Shown piece by piece: positions 36,548 to 45,322 of a stretch of 64,000 nt of DNA. Each line of letters opens with the position of its first letter. Within the stretch, counting starts at the first letter, position 1. Source of the DNA: a virus. The stretch is taken from IMG/VR virus record IMGVR_UViG_3300029267_002792, one strand, 5' to 3'. The position numbers and the translations under genes were made by a program. The notes under the pieces were generated by a model that was given only the letters and a program-made list of their open reading frames with translations, ran no database searches and was not told where the DNA came from.

Positions 36548-37234
36548 CTACGTTCTCACCCAATCCACATTGTCAATCCGCGATCCAGAATATGTGTAAG
36601 TACCCGTCATCGTCTCCACTAAAACACCTAGCCCATCATACTGCTTTCGCTCCTCAGTGGTGATCCTAGAACCCGTATATGTGTAGTCGATCACTCGAAT
36701 AGGGGTCGTCTTCGAGGCGTTCGTCCACCATCCTTCCTGCACCAACCGCCAACCAGAATACGTCGGCTCGTAATATGAGGTCTCGTCTATTTCATGGGTG
36801 AGCTGGTCTATTTGACGGTGCTGCTCATCCGTCATCACGCCTTCGCGAGGGTTGAACACACCAAGCGAGTCACGCATTCGGAAAGCACTGCCGCTGTACT
36901 TAGCCTGACCCGGGGTTGAAGGGTCCGGTGCGTCTGACAACAACTCGAGGGTATGGTTGATCCGCGTGAGATTACTTGCGAGAGCCTCGAAGATGAGGCC
37001 GTCACCGCTGTCCGTGACACGGAAGAACTCACTGGCTGAGGTTCCGCCGAGCTGGTAGACACCCTTCTTGCAATTCAAATAAAGGGCCTGAGCATCAGGC
37101 CCATACACAGAAATCGAGAAGTTCCCCGCGCTCCGTCTCAATATAGCGTAGCGTGATTCATCATTCGGATCGTAGATGTGGACCGAATCCTCTTCATAAA
37201 GAGGACCGTCAAAGGCCTGCGGAGTACGTCCCAT
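36548..37234 (-). CDS. Hypothetical virion protein (228 aa)
   Basis: Operon-packed; C-terminal YTY.GSRI repeat. Confidence 0.65.
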   Translation of the reverse strand: MGRTPQAFDGPLYEEDSVHIYDPNDESRYAILRRSAGNFSISVYGPDAQALYLNCKKGVYQLGGTSASEFFRVTDSGDGLIFEALASNLTRINHTLELLSDAPDPSTPGQAKYSGSAFRMRDSLGVFNPREGVMTDEQHRQIDQLTHEIDETSYYEPTYSGWRLVQEGWWTNASKTTPIRVIDYTYTGSRITTEERKQYDGLGVLVETMTGTYTYSGSRIDNVDWVRT

Positions 37235-37240
37235 CCTGCA

Positions 37241-37828
37241 CTACTTACCCTTCTTGCTGCTCCCTTTTCTCGGTTTCGCGCGCTTTGCTTTGGAAACCTT
37301 CTCAACCTCAACCTCAGCCACCCCCTCATCCTCGCGCTGGTATTTCAACGGGAGAGGAGCCTCACGATCCTGCACATCCTCAACCTTCAGCTCGCCTGAC
37401 TCGATCTGCCGCTGCAGCTCGCGCAGCTTCGCAAGCTCCTCTTCCGCCGACTTCTGGACCACAGCCTCCGCCTGCTGGAGACCTTTCATTCGTCCCGCAG
37501 CAACTTGAATCGCGATTCCGGCTGCCGTTGCTAAGTTATCAATCGCTCCGACAGCCCTCCGATTCCACTTTTTGATGAAGATTTCGACCTGCTTCGGGTC
37601 CTTCAGCATCTCCGCCGTCAACTCCCCGTCCTTGAAAGCCCGGTCGAGCTTCAACCCAAGGTCCCCAACGGCTTTGGCGGCTTCCTTGAGAGCGTCGACA
37701 GCCCCCTCCTGGCGGAGACGATCTTTCTCCGCCACGGAGGCCATTTTGGAGTACTGAGCACCTAGCGATTTTGCCAGGTCAACTTTCAGCATCGACTTGT
37801 TCACATTCATCCACGTCCTCACTTTCAT
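37241..37828 (-). CDS. Coiled-coil hypothetical protein (195 aa)
   Basis: Helical A/K/E-rich sequence. Confidence 0.65.
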   Translation of the reverse strand: MKVRTWMNVNKSMLKVDLAKSLGAQYSKMASVAEKDRLRQEGAVDALKEAAKAVGDLGLKLDRAFKDGELTAEMLKDPKQVEIFIKKWNRRAVGAIDNLATAAGIAIQVAAGRMKGLQQAEAVVQKSAEEELAKLRELQRQIESGELKVEDVQDREAPLPLKYQREDEGVAEVEVEKVSKAKRAKPRKGSSKKGK

Positions 37829-37856
37829 CCGTCATAGGTAGGGAATTCAAAAACTG

Positions 37857-39464
37857 CTACGGAACGGGATCGCCCCACGTGAGCATCGTGATCACGTCCG
37901 GACGGGTACCCCCGCGGTAGCGGAGTGGATACTCCGCGTAGAAACAGCCGTACTGACGCTCCGCCGCAACAGCACTGGGGTAAACATCGTGGTTAGCCGC
38001 GGCGTCCGCGCCGTTACGCTGGAGGAGACCGTTGATGAAAACATCCACGTCGCTCGTGAACGTCAGCGCCCGGTAGTCGCAAAGATCGGCTGTAATGTTG
38101 GCCGTTCCGGGACCACTTGGCCCTTCGATCAGGATGTCTGCAGGGATGTTCTGAGAAACCTCAGCCACAGCCTTGCAACGGGTCACGCCTTCAGACGCCT
38201 GAACGATGGCGTTGAGGAGGGAGACCTCCCCAAACTCTGCCTCGAAGGCATCCCACTCAGCCGTGGTTTCGGAGAGCTTGATACCGTCAGTCTGCGCCCA
38301 CGTCGAGCCGGTCTGGTTCACGTCATCCAGGAACATCTCGGCAGCCGCCTGGAGATGCAAATCGTCGGAGCCCGTGGTCTCGACGTGGCCGGCGGTTACA
38401 CCGATGTGGATAGGGGTCGACCCGGTCGCCACCTGCAACTGGTTGGCGAAGTCGTTGTCGATGGCGTCGTTGTCGAAGACATCGACATCAGAGCCGAACT
38501 CGATCTCAGAGGTCGCCCCGGCCGATCCCTCGATGACCGAAAACAGGTTGGCTTCCAGATCGTCGCGGATACGCCAAATAAGCCCAGCTCCCTCCAGATC
38601 GAGGATGGCGTTGGTCGTGAGGTCGACGGGAACGACTCCCTGGTTGTCGTAGACACCCTGCCGGTTCTGGGAGGCCGCACCCTGATCGGTGAAGTCATCA
38701 CCGAGCCACGCGTGCTCAGGAATGTCCTCGAAGGCCCAACGCTCGGTCGGCTTGTAGTCGATGGACTTACCATCCATAGTACCAGCCGCTGCGAGTTCCA
38801 GGTCGTCGCCCGTCGCGTTCGCCACAACAAATGAAATCTGCACCCGGTTCGGAGTGGTGGTACTGATGGTGTGACCGTCCGTGTTGCTCTCACTCTGGAG
38901 CAGACCGTACACCTCACGCCCAGAGCCGTCTGTGATCGGATCTCGTGTGGCTGCGTCCACGATCAGGCAGAGGTTCTTCGGAGTGAGAGTGTCACCACCC
39001 GCAACCTCGGTCAGCGTCGCAGTATCGAAGCTAGCCTCATACGCCACAATGGTACCGAGCGTCTGCACAGCACCAACTGCCGCCGTAGTGTTCCCCGGAA
39101 GCTCCCCCGCAGCCGTCAAAACAACGTGCTGGGCATTGACGGCGATCGGGCCGACGTCCGCACCAACGACCGCTCGACGCTTCAGGATTCGTTGTCGCTG
39201 AACGTCCCAAAGGTCCTGACCCAGGCTATCCACGCCACGTCTTGTCGGGGACTCCGACACAAACGTGGTCGGAATCGTGATGTCGTCGTACCAGTTCCCA
39301 GTCCGCACCTTCAACAGGTTGTGAACGGCCGATCGCAGGTTGTTGAAGTCGTCCTCGGCGTGCGAGGTGTTCGTCTCATAATTCGCCAACGACGGCGCAA
39401 TCGAATCATCGTAAGTTTCGGAAGGCTGGACCTGCTCTTCCTGTCTAACCGCGGTGCGCGTCAT
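37857..39464 (-). CDS. Acidic hypothetical structural protein (535 aa)
   Basis: Long ORF; C-terminal VDVFINGLLQ motif. Confidence 0.7.
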   Translation of the reverse strand: MTRTAVRQEEQVQPSETYDDSIAPSLANYETNTSHAEDDFNNLRSAVHNLLKVRTGNWYDDITIPTTFVSESPTRRGVDSLGQDLWDVQRQRILKRRAVVGADVGPIAVNAQHVVLTAAGELPGNTTAAVGAVQTLGTIVAYEASFDTATLTEVAGGDTLTPKNLCLIVDAATRDPITDGSGREVYGLLQSESNTDGHTISTTTPNRVQISFVVANATGDDLELAAAGTMDGKSIDYKPTERWAFEDIPEHAWLGDDFTDQGAASQNRQGVYDNQGVVPVDLTTNAILDLEGAGLIWRIRDDLEANLFSVIEGSAGATSEIEFGSDVDVFDNDAIDNDFANQLQVATGSTPIHIGVTAGHVETTGSDDLHLQAAAEMFLDDVNQTGSTWAQTDGIKLSETTAEWDAFEAEFGEVSLLNAIVQASEGVTRCKAVAEVSQNIPADILIEGPSGPGTANITADLCDYRALTFTSDVDVFINGLLQRNGADAAANHDVYPSAVAAERQYGCFYAEYPLRYRGGTRPDVITMLTWGDPVP

Positions 39465-39504
39465 GGGTGTCTCCCTTCCCCCGCCAAAGTGTCAAACTTG
39501 GCTC

Positions 39505-39513
39505 AGTGTACCA
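39505..39513 (-). promoter_or_regulatory. Candidate extended -10 promoter TGGTACACT
   Basis: Intergenic, ~40 nt upstream of 39464. A near-identical TGGTAGACT lies at 61633-61641. Confidence 0.35.
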
Positions 39514-39569
39514 CCCAGCACGCCGATCCCGCCACCGCGTCCGGTGTAAAATCTCAATGAATACAGCGC

Positions 39570-41738
39570 CTATGTGGTATAGACCTCGGGGTTCACAGTG
39601 ATCGTGCCCAACGTAATGACTTCGCTCTCCTCGATGATTAGGTTACCGCTCGCATCCAGCTTCGAGGTGAGTGTCGTAGTACCGTCCGTATCCAAGTGGC
39701 CAGAAATACGGGCGTTGACGAAGGCTACCCCGTCAATCGCGAGAATCACGTCGTCCAGATCAGACTCGTAAAGCGACACCCCCACCGCTCGGCCGCGAAG
39801 GACGCCCTGCACCGCCGCTTCCACTGCCGTCTTTATGGCTGCCGTGGAGTAGTTCTTGAAGATCCCCACACGCACGGTAATCACAGGTCGAACGAGTGAA
39901 TTCTCCCCTGACGTGACAGCTACCGACTGGGTCACCTCCTTACGAGCGTCCAAGTCCGTTTGAAGAGAATCGATGAGACCAGTCGATGGCGCCGTGTAGA
40001 ACCCACCCGCATCCCGAGCCAGAATTGCCACTGTTACAAGGTTCGCCTTGCAGTCGGAAGCGAGCACGCGATCCAGGTGAGCGTTGATCCCGTCCCTGGA
40101 AGTTTCCACCACAGTCACGAGGTCCGCATTCGCAGTGTCAATAGCGTCCGATTCTGTCTGGATAATGGCCACCTGGGCCACGAGGGTGACCCCTTGCTGG
40201 GTCGCATCGTTCAGGTAGGTACCGGAGGTGACAAGATCGGTCCCGGTCTCCTCCGTCGAAGTGCGGATCGAGTTGGCATCGCTGACGATGGCATTGGCCG
40301 AGGCCTCCACACTCGCCGCCGCGGAGGTGATAGCATCCGCCTCCGCATCGATCAGGTTGAACTGGGCATTGATATTACTCTTCTCGGTAGGGTCGGCACT
40401 CGAAGCGTTCACCAGAGCAATACCACTCGAAACGTGCCCCTTGATATCGGAAGCGTCCGTAGAAATCTCCCCCGTGCTGTTCTTTATTGCCCGTGCGGAC
40501 GCCCTGGCAGTGGTGGCCTCCGACTCAATCGAAGCCAGCTCAGAAGCGATGTCCCCAATAGCCGAGGAAAGGTCAGTCAGAGCCGTTCTGGCGATATCAA
40601 GAGCATCACCTATGTTACCCGTCGATATTGTGAGCGACGAATTCAGAGCATCGACCTGGTTCAGAATATTCGTCATGTAGTTCTGAACCGTCAGGTCCCC
40701 TCCGGCCGATCTGGAAGAGATCGCTTTCGCCACAGCTACACGCCCGAACAGTGGGTCCGCGTATGATCCCGCCAGACCGTCGTAGTCCTCGCCAGTGATC
40801 GCCTTCCCAGCCGATTTCCAAACCTTGGGTGCGAACGCCTTCGCGCTGGCAAGCGTCTCGCGATCATCCCCACCTGAAGACCCCTCCGGGTTGGTAATCG
40901 TGAGAGGAATCTCTGTGAACGCCACAACCAGTGGGGTCGTTTCCTCGTCAATCGTGCCCGAAGAGACCAGCCCCGACTTACCTCTGGAAGCAACGTACGT
41001 GACGTTTATCGACGCCCCGGCCGTCGGGATATTCCCGGCGATTCCATCTCCAAATCGAATAGTGGACGGATCGTCGTTGTACCCTGCCTCGAACTGGTCC
41101 GTTGCACCATACTCGAGTAAGTCGGACTCGTCCCACACCGCCCCATCAACAGTCACCTCCACAGTGCCCTGAACAACGAACTCGTCCTCCGGAATGCGCC
41201 GAAGCTCGAACACCTGGGCAGAGGTCCCATCCGATACAAAACTCTCCTGTATCGTCTCTCCCTCGTATGCCGGGATGACTTTGTGGTTGGCAATCCCCTG
41301 CTCAGCGGGGGTGAAAACAACATCCTCCGCGCACTCGAAAATCAGCCCGTCCGGCCCATCGAACTGGAACCTGGCTGGAACCGTCACATCGAACGCAAAC
41401 ACTTCCCGAACCGTGACGTGTAAGTCGACCGATGACGCAACAGCTCCGCCCATCTTGTACCCGAGCTGCCTACTCGTGCGGGACACGCTGGCTCGTGTGC
41501 GGGCGGTGGCGAGGTAGGTGTCGGTCGCCCGCCGATCCAGATAGAAACTCATCGTATCCAACCCGTAAGCCGTCAGGTCCAACAACATGATCCCGAGGCT
41601 AGACACGGAGAAATCGTTGAAGTCGGAAGCGTACTTCACCTGTAGCTGGGCCAACAGGTCATCATTGTGGGTATCGAAATCCAGCCCAGCATACCGGGCA
41701 CGGTTCAGGGACCCTAGTGCAAGCTCCACCATAACCAC
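39570..41738 (-). CDS. Baseplate wedge protein gp6/J-like with a ~210-aa helical insertion
   Basis: YAGLDFD..FNDFSVSSLGIMLLDL.AY..D..SFYLDR; IRFGDG..G..P; GG.DRET..AK..AP; AIT.EDY. Confidence 0.85.
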   Translation of the reverse strand: MVMVELALGSLNRARYAGLDFDTHNDDLLAQLQVKYASDFNDFSVSSLGIMLLDLTAYGLDTMSFYLDRRATDTYLATARTRASVSRTSRQLGYKMGGAVASSVDLHVTVREVFAFDVTVPARFQFDGPDGLIFECAEDVVFTPAEQGIANHKVIPAYEGETIQESFVSDGTSAQVFELRRIPEDEFVVQGTVEVTVDGAVWDESDLLEYGATDQFEAGYNDDPSTIRFGDGIAGNIPTAGASINVTYVASRGKSGLVSSGTIDEETTPLVVAFTEIPLTITNPEGSSGGDDRETLASAKAFAPKVWKSAGKAITGEDYDGLAGSYADPLFGRVAVAKAISSRSAGGDLTVQNYMTNILNQVDALNSSLTISTGNIGDALDIARTALTDLSSAIGDIASELASIESEATTARASARAIKNSTGEISTDASDIKGHVSSGIALVNASSADPTEKSNINAQFNLIDAEADAITSAAASVEASANAIVSDANSIRTSTEETGTDLVTSGTYLNDATQQGVTLVAQVAIIQTESDAIDTANADLVTVVETSRDGINAHLDRVLASDCKANLVTVAILARDAGGFYTAPSTGLIDSLQTDLDARKEVTQSVAVTSGENSLVRPVITVRVGIFKNYSTAAIKTAVEAAVQGVLRGRAVGVSLYESDLDDVILAIDGVAFVNARISGHLDTDGTTTLTSKLDASGNLIIEESEVITLGTITVNPEVYTT

Positions 41739-41742
41739 CCTC

Positions 41743-42120
41743 TCACAACGCAGGAATCGCCATTGCAGCCGACCCCGGCTTTCTCGTGGACAACACTATG
41801 TAGCTGATCGTCAGAATGACTTCCGAACGCCGCTGCTCGACCCGCACATCGACCAGCTGAACCCGAGGCTCGTACTTTCCGATCACAGCCTGAACCTCTG
41901 CCCGGATAAGATTGCCGAGGACGACATCGTTGTTCTCGAATACAAACGCCTTGGCGTTGGTGCCGACATCGGGGCGCATCACGCGCTCACCGTTCGTCGT
42001 CATGATTAGCTGCGTGAGCGAATCTTTGATGACGTCGTCATCCGTCGCTGCTGCAGGCAACCCTGTACCACTCTTCTGAAACGGATACTTGATCCCCTTG
42101 TAAATAACCGGAGTAGCCAT
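41743..42120 (-). CDS. Baseplate wedge gp25/GPW-like
   Basis: IKDSLTQLIMTTNGERVMRPDVGT...YEPRV. Confidence 0.9.
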   Translation of the reverse strand: MATPVIYKGIKYPFQKSGTGLPAAATDDDVIKDSLTQLIMTTNGERVMRPDVGTNAKAFVFENNDVVLGNLIRAEVQAVIGKYEPRVQLVDVRVEQRRSEVILTISYIVLSTRKPGSAAMAIPAL

Positions 42121-42680
42121 CAGAACACCGTGCACGTGTTGGTTATTGCAACCGGGGTGGGCGTCGTCGTGTCCTCCCCAGTGATGAGCACCGTCACAGC
42201 GCTCTTCGTTACTCGGTCCATCGCGTCTGCCAGCTTCCGCGCCTTCAACCGCGCCGGCTCGTCCGAGGTGGTCAAGACCGGTAGTACCGCATCGTACATC
42301 GCCCGCGGAGACACCTCCGACACCACGGCTGCGGTCTCAACAGAAAACTCGCCCGTGCCCCCAACATTCGGACACGGCGGATCTGCCGGAGGCACCACCA
42401 AAGTAGGAAACGTCAAGTCCTGCCAGTAGGCAACAAAGGCAGCATCGAGCTGATCGGCGAACTGTCGAGCGGTCTGGCTGCGCTGAAACGCGAGCTGATC
42501 TCTAAACGGACGTTCCGAAGCGTTCTCCAGCCTCTCCCCCGACACATCCTCCGCGTCTTGCGCGTAGACGTGGTAGACACTCGCCATCTTCGCTTCCGCC
42601 TGAGCGTAAGTGATCACGCTCTGCGGCGTCTCAAACCACGTCACAAACCCGTTGTAGAGCTTGTTTACGTCGAGGCTCAC
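42120..42680 (-). CDS. Hypothetical baseplate-region protein (186 aa)
   Basis: Lies between the gp5 and gp25 homologs and is coupled to both. Confidence 0.65.
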   Translation of the reverse strand: MSLDVNKLYNGFVTWFETPQSVITYAQAEAKMASVYHVYAQDAEDVSGERLENASERPFRDQLAFQRSQTARQFADQLDAAFVAYWQDLTFPTLVVPPADPPCPNVGGTGEFSVETAAVVSEVSPRAMYDAVLPVLTTSDEPARLKARKLADAMDRVTKSAVTVLITGEDTTTPTPVAITNTCTVF

Positions 42681-43549
42681 TTCATCCTCACGATCTGGGA
42701 GAGGATCGAAGGGTCAGGCGGCGGCGTTGCAACTCCAGACGGCCCTACCGGAGTCGCGTGCGTGTGCGAGACAGCCCAGGTGTACCACTTTGTTCCCAAC
42801 ACACCCGGCTCTGTTGATGGCGATGTCTCGCTCCCACCGAGATCGATCGAAGCAGCCTCGACACGCGCTCCTGCTGCGCTGAGAACCACCTTGTTCCCGT
42901 TCTTGTCGGCGACCTCGATTGTCCCATCGGTCGCATTTGTCTTGATCGTCTGGGCAGGATTCGCGCTGTCAGTAATCTCCATCGACCCGTCAGCAGTGAA
43001 CTTGATCGAGGCACTACCACCTCCCTGCGCGACCTCTCCGGGCGCCGCTGTCTTCGACCGGTCGGTGCGGGCCTCATCATCCGAGTTCGGCTTGTTCCAG
43101 ATGATCTCTACGCGCTCATCCCCATCTGCATCGCTGAACACGAGCTTGTGACCCAACCGGGTAACCATCCCGCGGATGTCTGGATAGTCCCCCGAGTAAC
43201 CAAGGCCCTCAGGCACGTCCGACGTCCCGTCGCGCTGACCCCACCAACCGCCGATATAGCACTCCGGGCGTCCGGGCTGCCCCTGTGCGAACGACACGTA
43301 CACCGGATCTCCTACCTCCGGTGGCCAAAAAATACCGCGACCGTCTCCAGCTCCTAGTACCGCCGCCTTGATCCAGATGTCCGGAGGCTGCTCCTGCATA
43401 GACGGAACGTGTGCCTGAATCCTCCCACGCGATTGCGGGTCGTCGTTGGCCGTCACGATGCCCCGGTAAAGCCCTGGGTAGATACGATAGAACTCAATCC
43501 CGTATCGGACGATGTTGTCCAAAATCTCTTCGGCCGTGATAGCCATCAA
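42677..43549 (-). CDS. Baseplate spike gp5/VgrG OB-fold protein
   Basis: YRGIVTANDDPQSRGRIQAHVP..G..WPPEVGDPVYVSF..G.P..; C-terminal HTH..PVGP. Confidence 0.85.
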   Translation of the reverse strand: MMAITAEEILDNIVRYGIEFYRIYPGLYRGIVTANDDPQSRGRIQAHVPSMQEQPPDIWIKAAVLGAGDGRGIFWPPEVGDPVYVSFAQGQPGRPECYIGGWWGQRDGTSDVPEGLGYSGDYPDIRGMVTRLGHKLVFSDADGDERVEIIWNKPNSDDEARTDRSKTAAPGEVAQGGGSASIKFTADGSMEITDSANPAQTIKTNATDGTIEVADKNGNKVVLSAAGARVEAASIDLGGSETSPSTEPGVLGTKWYTWAVSHTHATPVGPSGVATPPPDPSILSQIVRMK

Positions 43550-44994
43550 CCACCCCCTCGAAGCTCCGCCCTCGCTCGTTCCGCCTGACTCCGATGCACG
43601 GATGCGGTGTACGCAGGACTATCCTCCACATCGGTTGTATTGGCACGACCGGTTGGCTGCCTCGTACCTTCGGATCGAGCAGCATCCACATTCGATTGGA
43701 GCCGCAGATTCGTCGTAAACCCTCCCATCCCTATCGAGTGTGTGACGGCATCCACCCGGTATACCTGGTTATCGAACCGCCTCCCCAACCCGGACAAAGC
43801 CACCATATCCCCAGGAAGTATTGTCGGGTCGCCGATCGTCTCCAGCTCACACTGCAGACTCATCGCTGCCCCAGTACGAACCTCAGCTTCGGCCCTCGCC
43901 ACAGCATCCGGGTTATCCGGATCACCGGGAACCTGATTCGGGACGTCCGGAAGCTCATCAGTCGCGGTCAGTGTCTGCCCTCCCTCTCCGCTATCCACCG
44001 GCTCATCCGTCTGCTCCAGTGTGATGATCTCTTCCGACGGCTCAACGCTATCCGGATCAACACTTCGGAGGGCAGCCCCATGGTTGAGGACATCTTGGTA
44101 CGTCAGCGCATTCCAAACGGCTTCGGTGTTGCACGAAAAAGACAAAATAGGTAGCTCCACCTCGGATAGCTGTCCAGCCTGTAGTTGTAGACCGCCAACG
44201 CCCTGCAACCTCCCTCCCGGATAGTGGTAAAGCCTGAACCTGCGAGTAGGAGGTCGAGAGAACGTGTCCACCCGAGGAAGCCACAGCAAGCGCGAAGCCC
44301 CTCCTGACACACGCGGCCCGACAATGAGCATGAAGCACTGCGTGCGCTCCGCCATCTCCCACAACGCAAACCAGTCCGATCGGCCGCCCTGCACAAACCC
44401 GGCAGCCGACTCATTCAGGTATCTCCCAGCTTCGGACGTCTCAGGCACACTCGAGAAGTCCACCTCTAGCGTTCTCCGCCCTTCCCCTTCCCCAGCTACC
44501 AATCTCCGTATGAGGTTCTTTCGGGTCTCTCCTCGACCCGGCGTTATACGCCCGGGTTGCCGTTGAGCCTGACTACCTAACCCTTGACCCTTCAGGTTGA
44601 TCTGCACGTCAACGTCTATCGAGACCTCAGGAGCAACCAAGGCCACTGCATATGGAGGCGATAGGAGCGCTCCTCCGTCGCTTGTACCTCCGGTGTACCC
44701 GAGCTGGACTTCGAGGCGGTTCGTCAAACGTCCGTCCGCAAGTGGAGAGTCCAAAAACTTCATCCCGTCCTCAAACGGAGGGCTCAACTGAGCCGACACC
44801 TTAGGTAGGCCCGAGAGGTTCATCTCCACTTGCACTTCCTGCAGAAAGGACAACGCTTGCAAACTCTTCTGCCCGGGCACAGCAGGAAGACCAATCTCAG
44901 CTCCCCCTGTATTCGTCCAGAGCGGGTACGCATCCCCACTCGGAAGAATGATCCGAGCCGCTACAAACGGAGCCGAGAAGTCGAAAGTTGGCAC
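43546..44994 (-). CDS. Baseplate hub (gp27/gpD-like)
   Basis: LEVQLGY; QSDW..L..MAER; TIGDPTILPG.MV.L.GLG.RF...Y.V..VTH....GFTT.L. Confidence 0.75.
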   Translation of the reverse strand: MPTFDFSAPFVAARIILPSGDAYPLWTNTGGAEIGLPAVPGQKSLQALSFLQEVQVEMNLSGLPKVSAQLSPPFEDGMKFLDSPLADGRLTNRLEVQLGYTGGTSDGGALLSPPYAVALVAPEVSIDVDVQINLKGQGLGSQAQRQPGRITPGRGETRKNLIRRLVAGEGEGRRTLEVDFSSVPETSEAGRYLNESAAGFVQGGRSDWFALWEMAERTQCFMLIVGPRVSGGASRLLWLPRVDTFSRPPTRRFRLYHYPGGRLQGVGGLQLQAGQLSEVELPILSFSCNTEAVWNALTYQDVLNHGAALRSVDPDSVEPSEEIITLEQTDEPVDSGEGGQTLTATDELPDVPNQVPGDPDNPDAVARAEAEVRTGAAMSLQCELETIGDPTILPGDMVALSGLGRRFDNQVYRVDAVTHSIGMGGFTTNLRLQSNVDAARSEGTRQPTGRANTTDVEDSPAYTASVHRSQAERARAELRGGG

Positions 44995-44995
44995 G

Positions 44996-45319
44996 TTACC
45001 GCCTTTGAACCGAGGCCTTCTTGAACAGCACCTGGGTCACATAACGAGGAGACGGAATGCGGATCTCGTCCCCTACATTCAACTCCGTCGGGACTTCCTC
45101 CATATCATTGGCAACAGCTATCGCCCACCACAACCGCGAGTCCTGGTAATACCGATGAGCTAGGAGATCGAGACGATCAGCTCCGATCACACGATGCACG
45201 AGATCGTCCTTCTGCGTAGGGATGGCAGGAAGATCAAGGACCTCCCAAAACTCTACACCGTCAACCTCGGTCAGTTCCCCAAAACGGAGCCGACTCCCGC
45301 TCTGCACCGATACAGCCAT
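44996..45319 (-). CDS. LysM-like / gp53 / tail X baseplate protein
   Basis: DRLDLLAHRYYQDSRLWWAIAVANDM..L.VG.EIRIP. Confidence 0.85.
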   Translation of the reverse strand: MAVSVQSGSRLRFGELTEVDGVEFWEVLDLPAIPTQKDDLVHRVIGADRLDLLAHRYYQDSRLWWAIAVANDMEEVPTELNVGDEIRIPSPRYVTQVLFKKASVQRR

Positions 45320-45322
45320 GCC

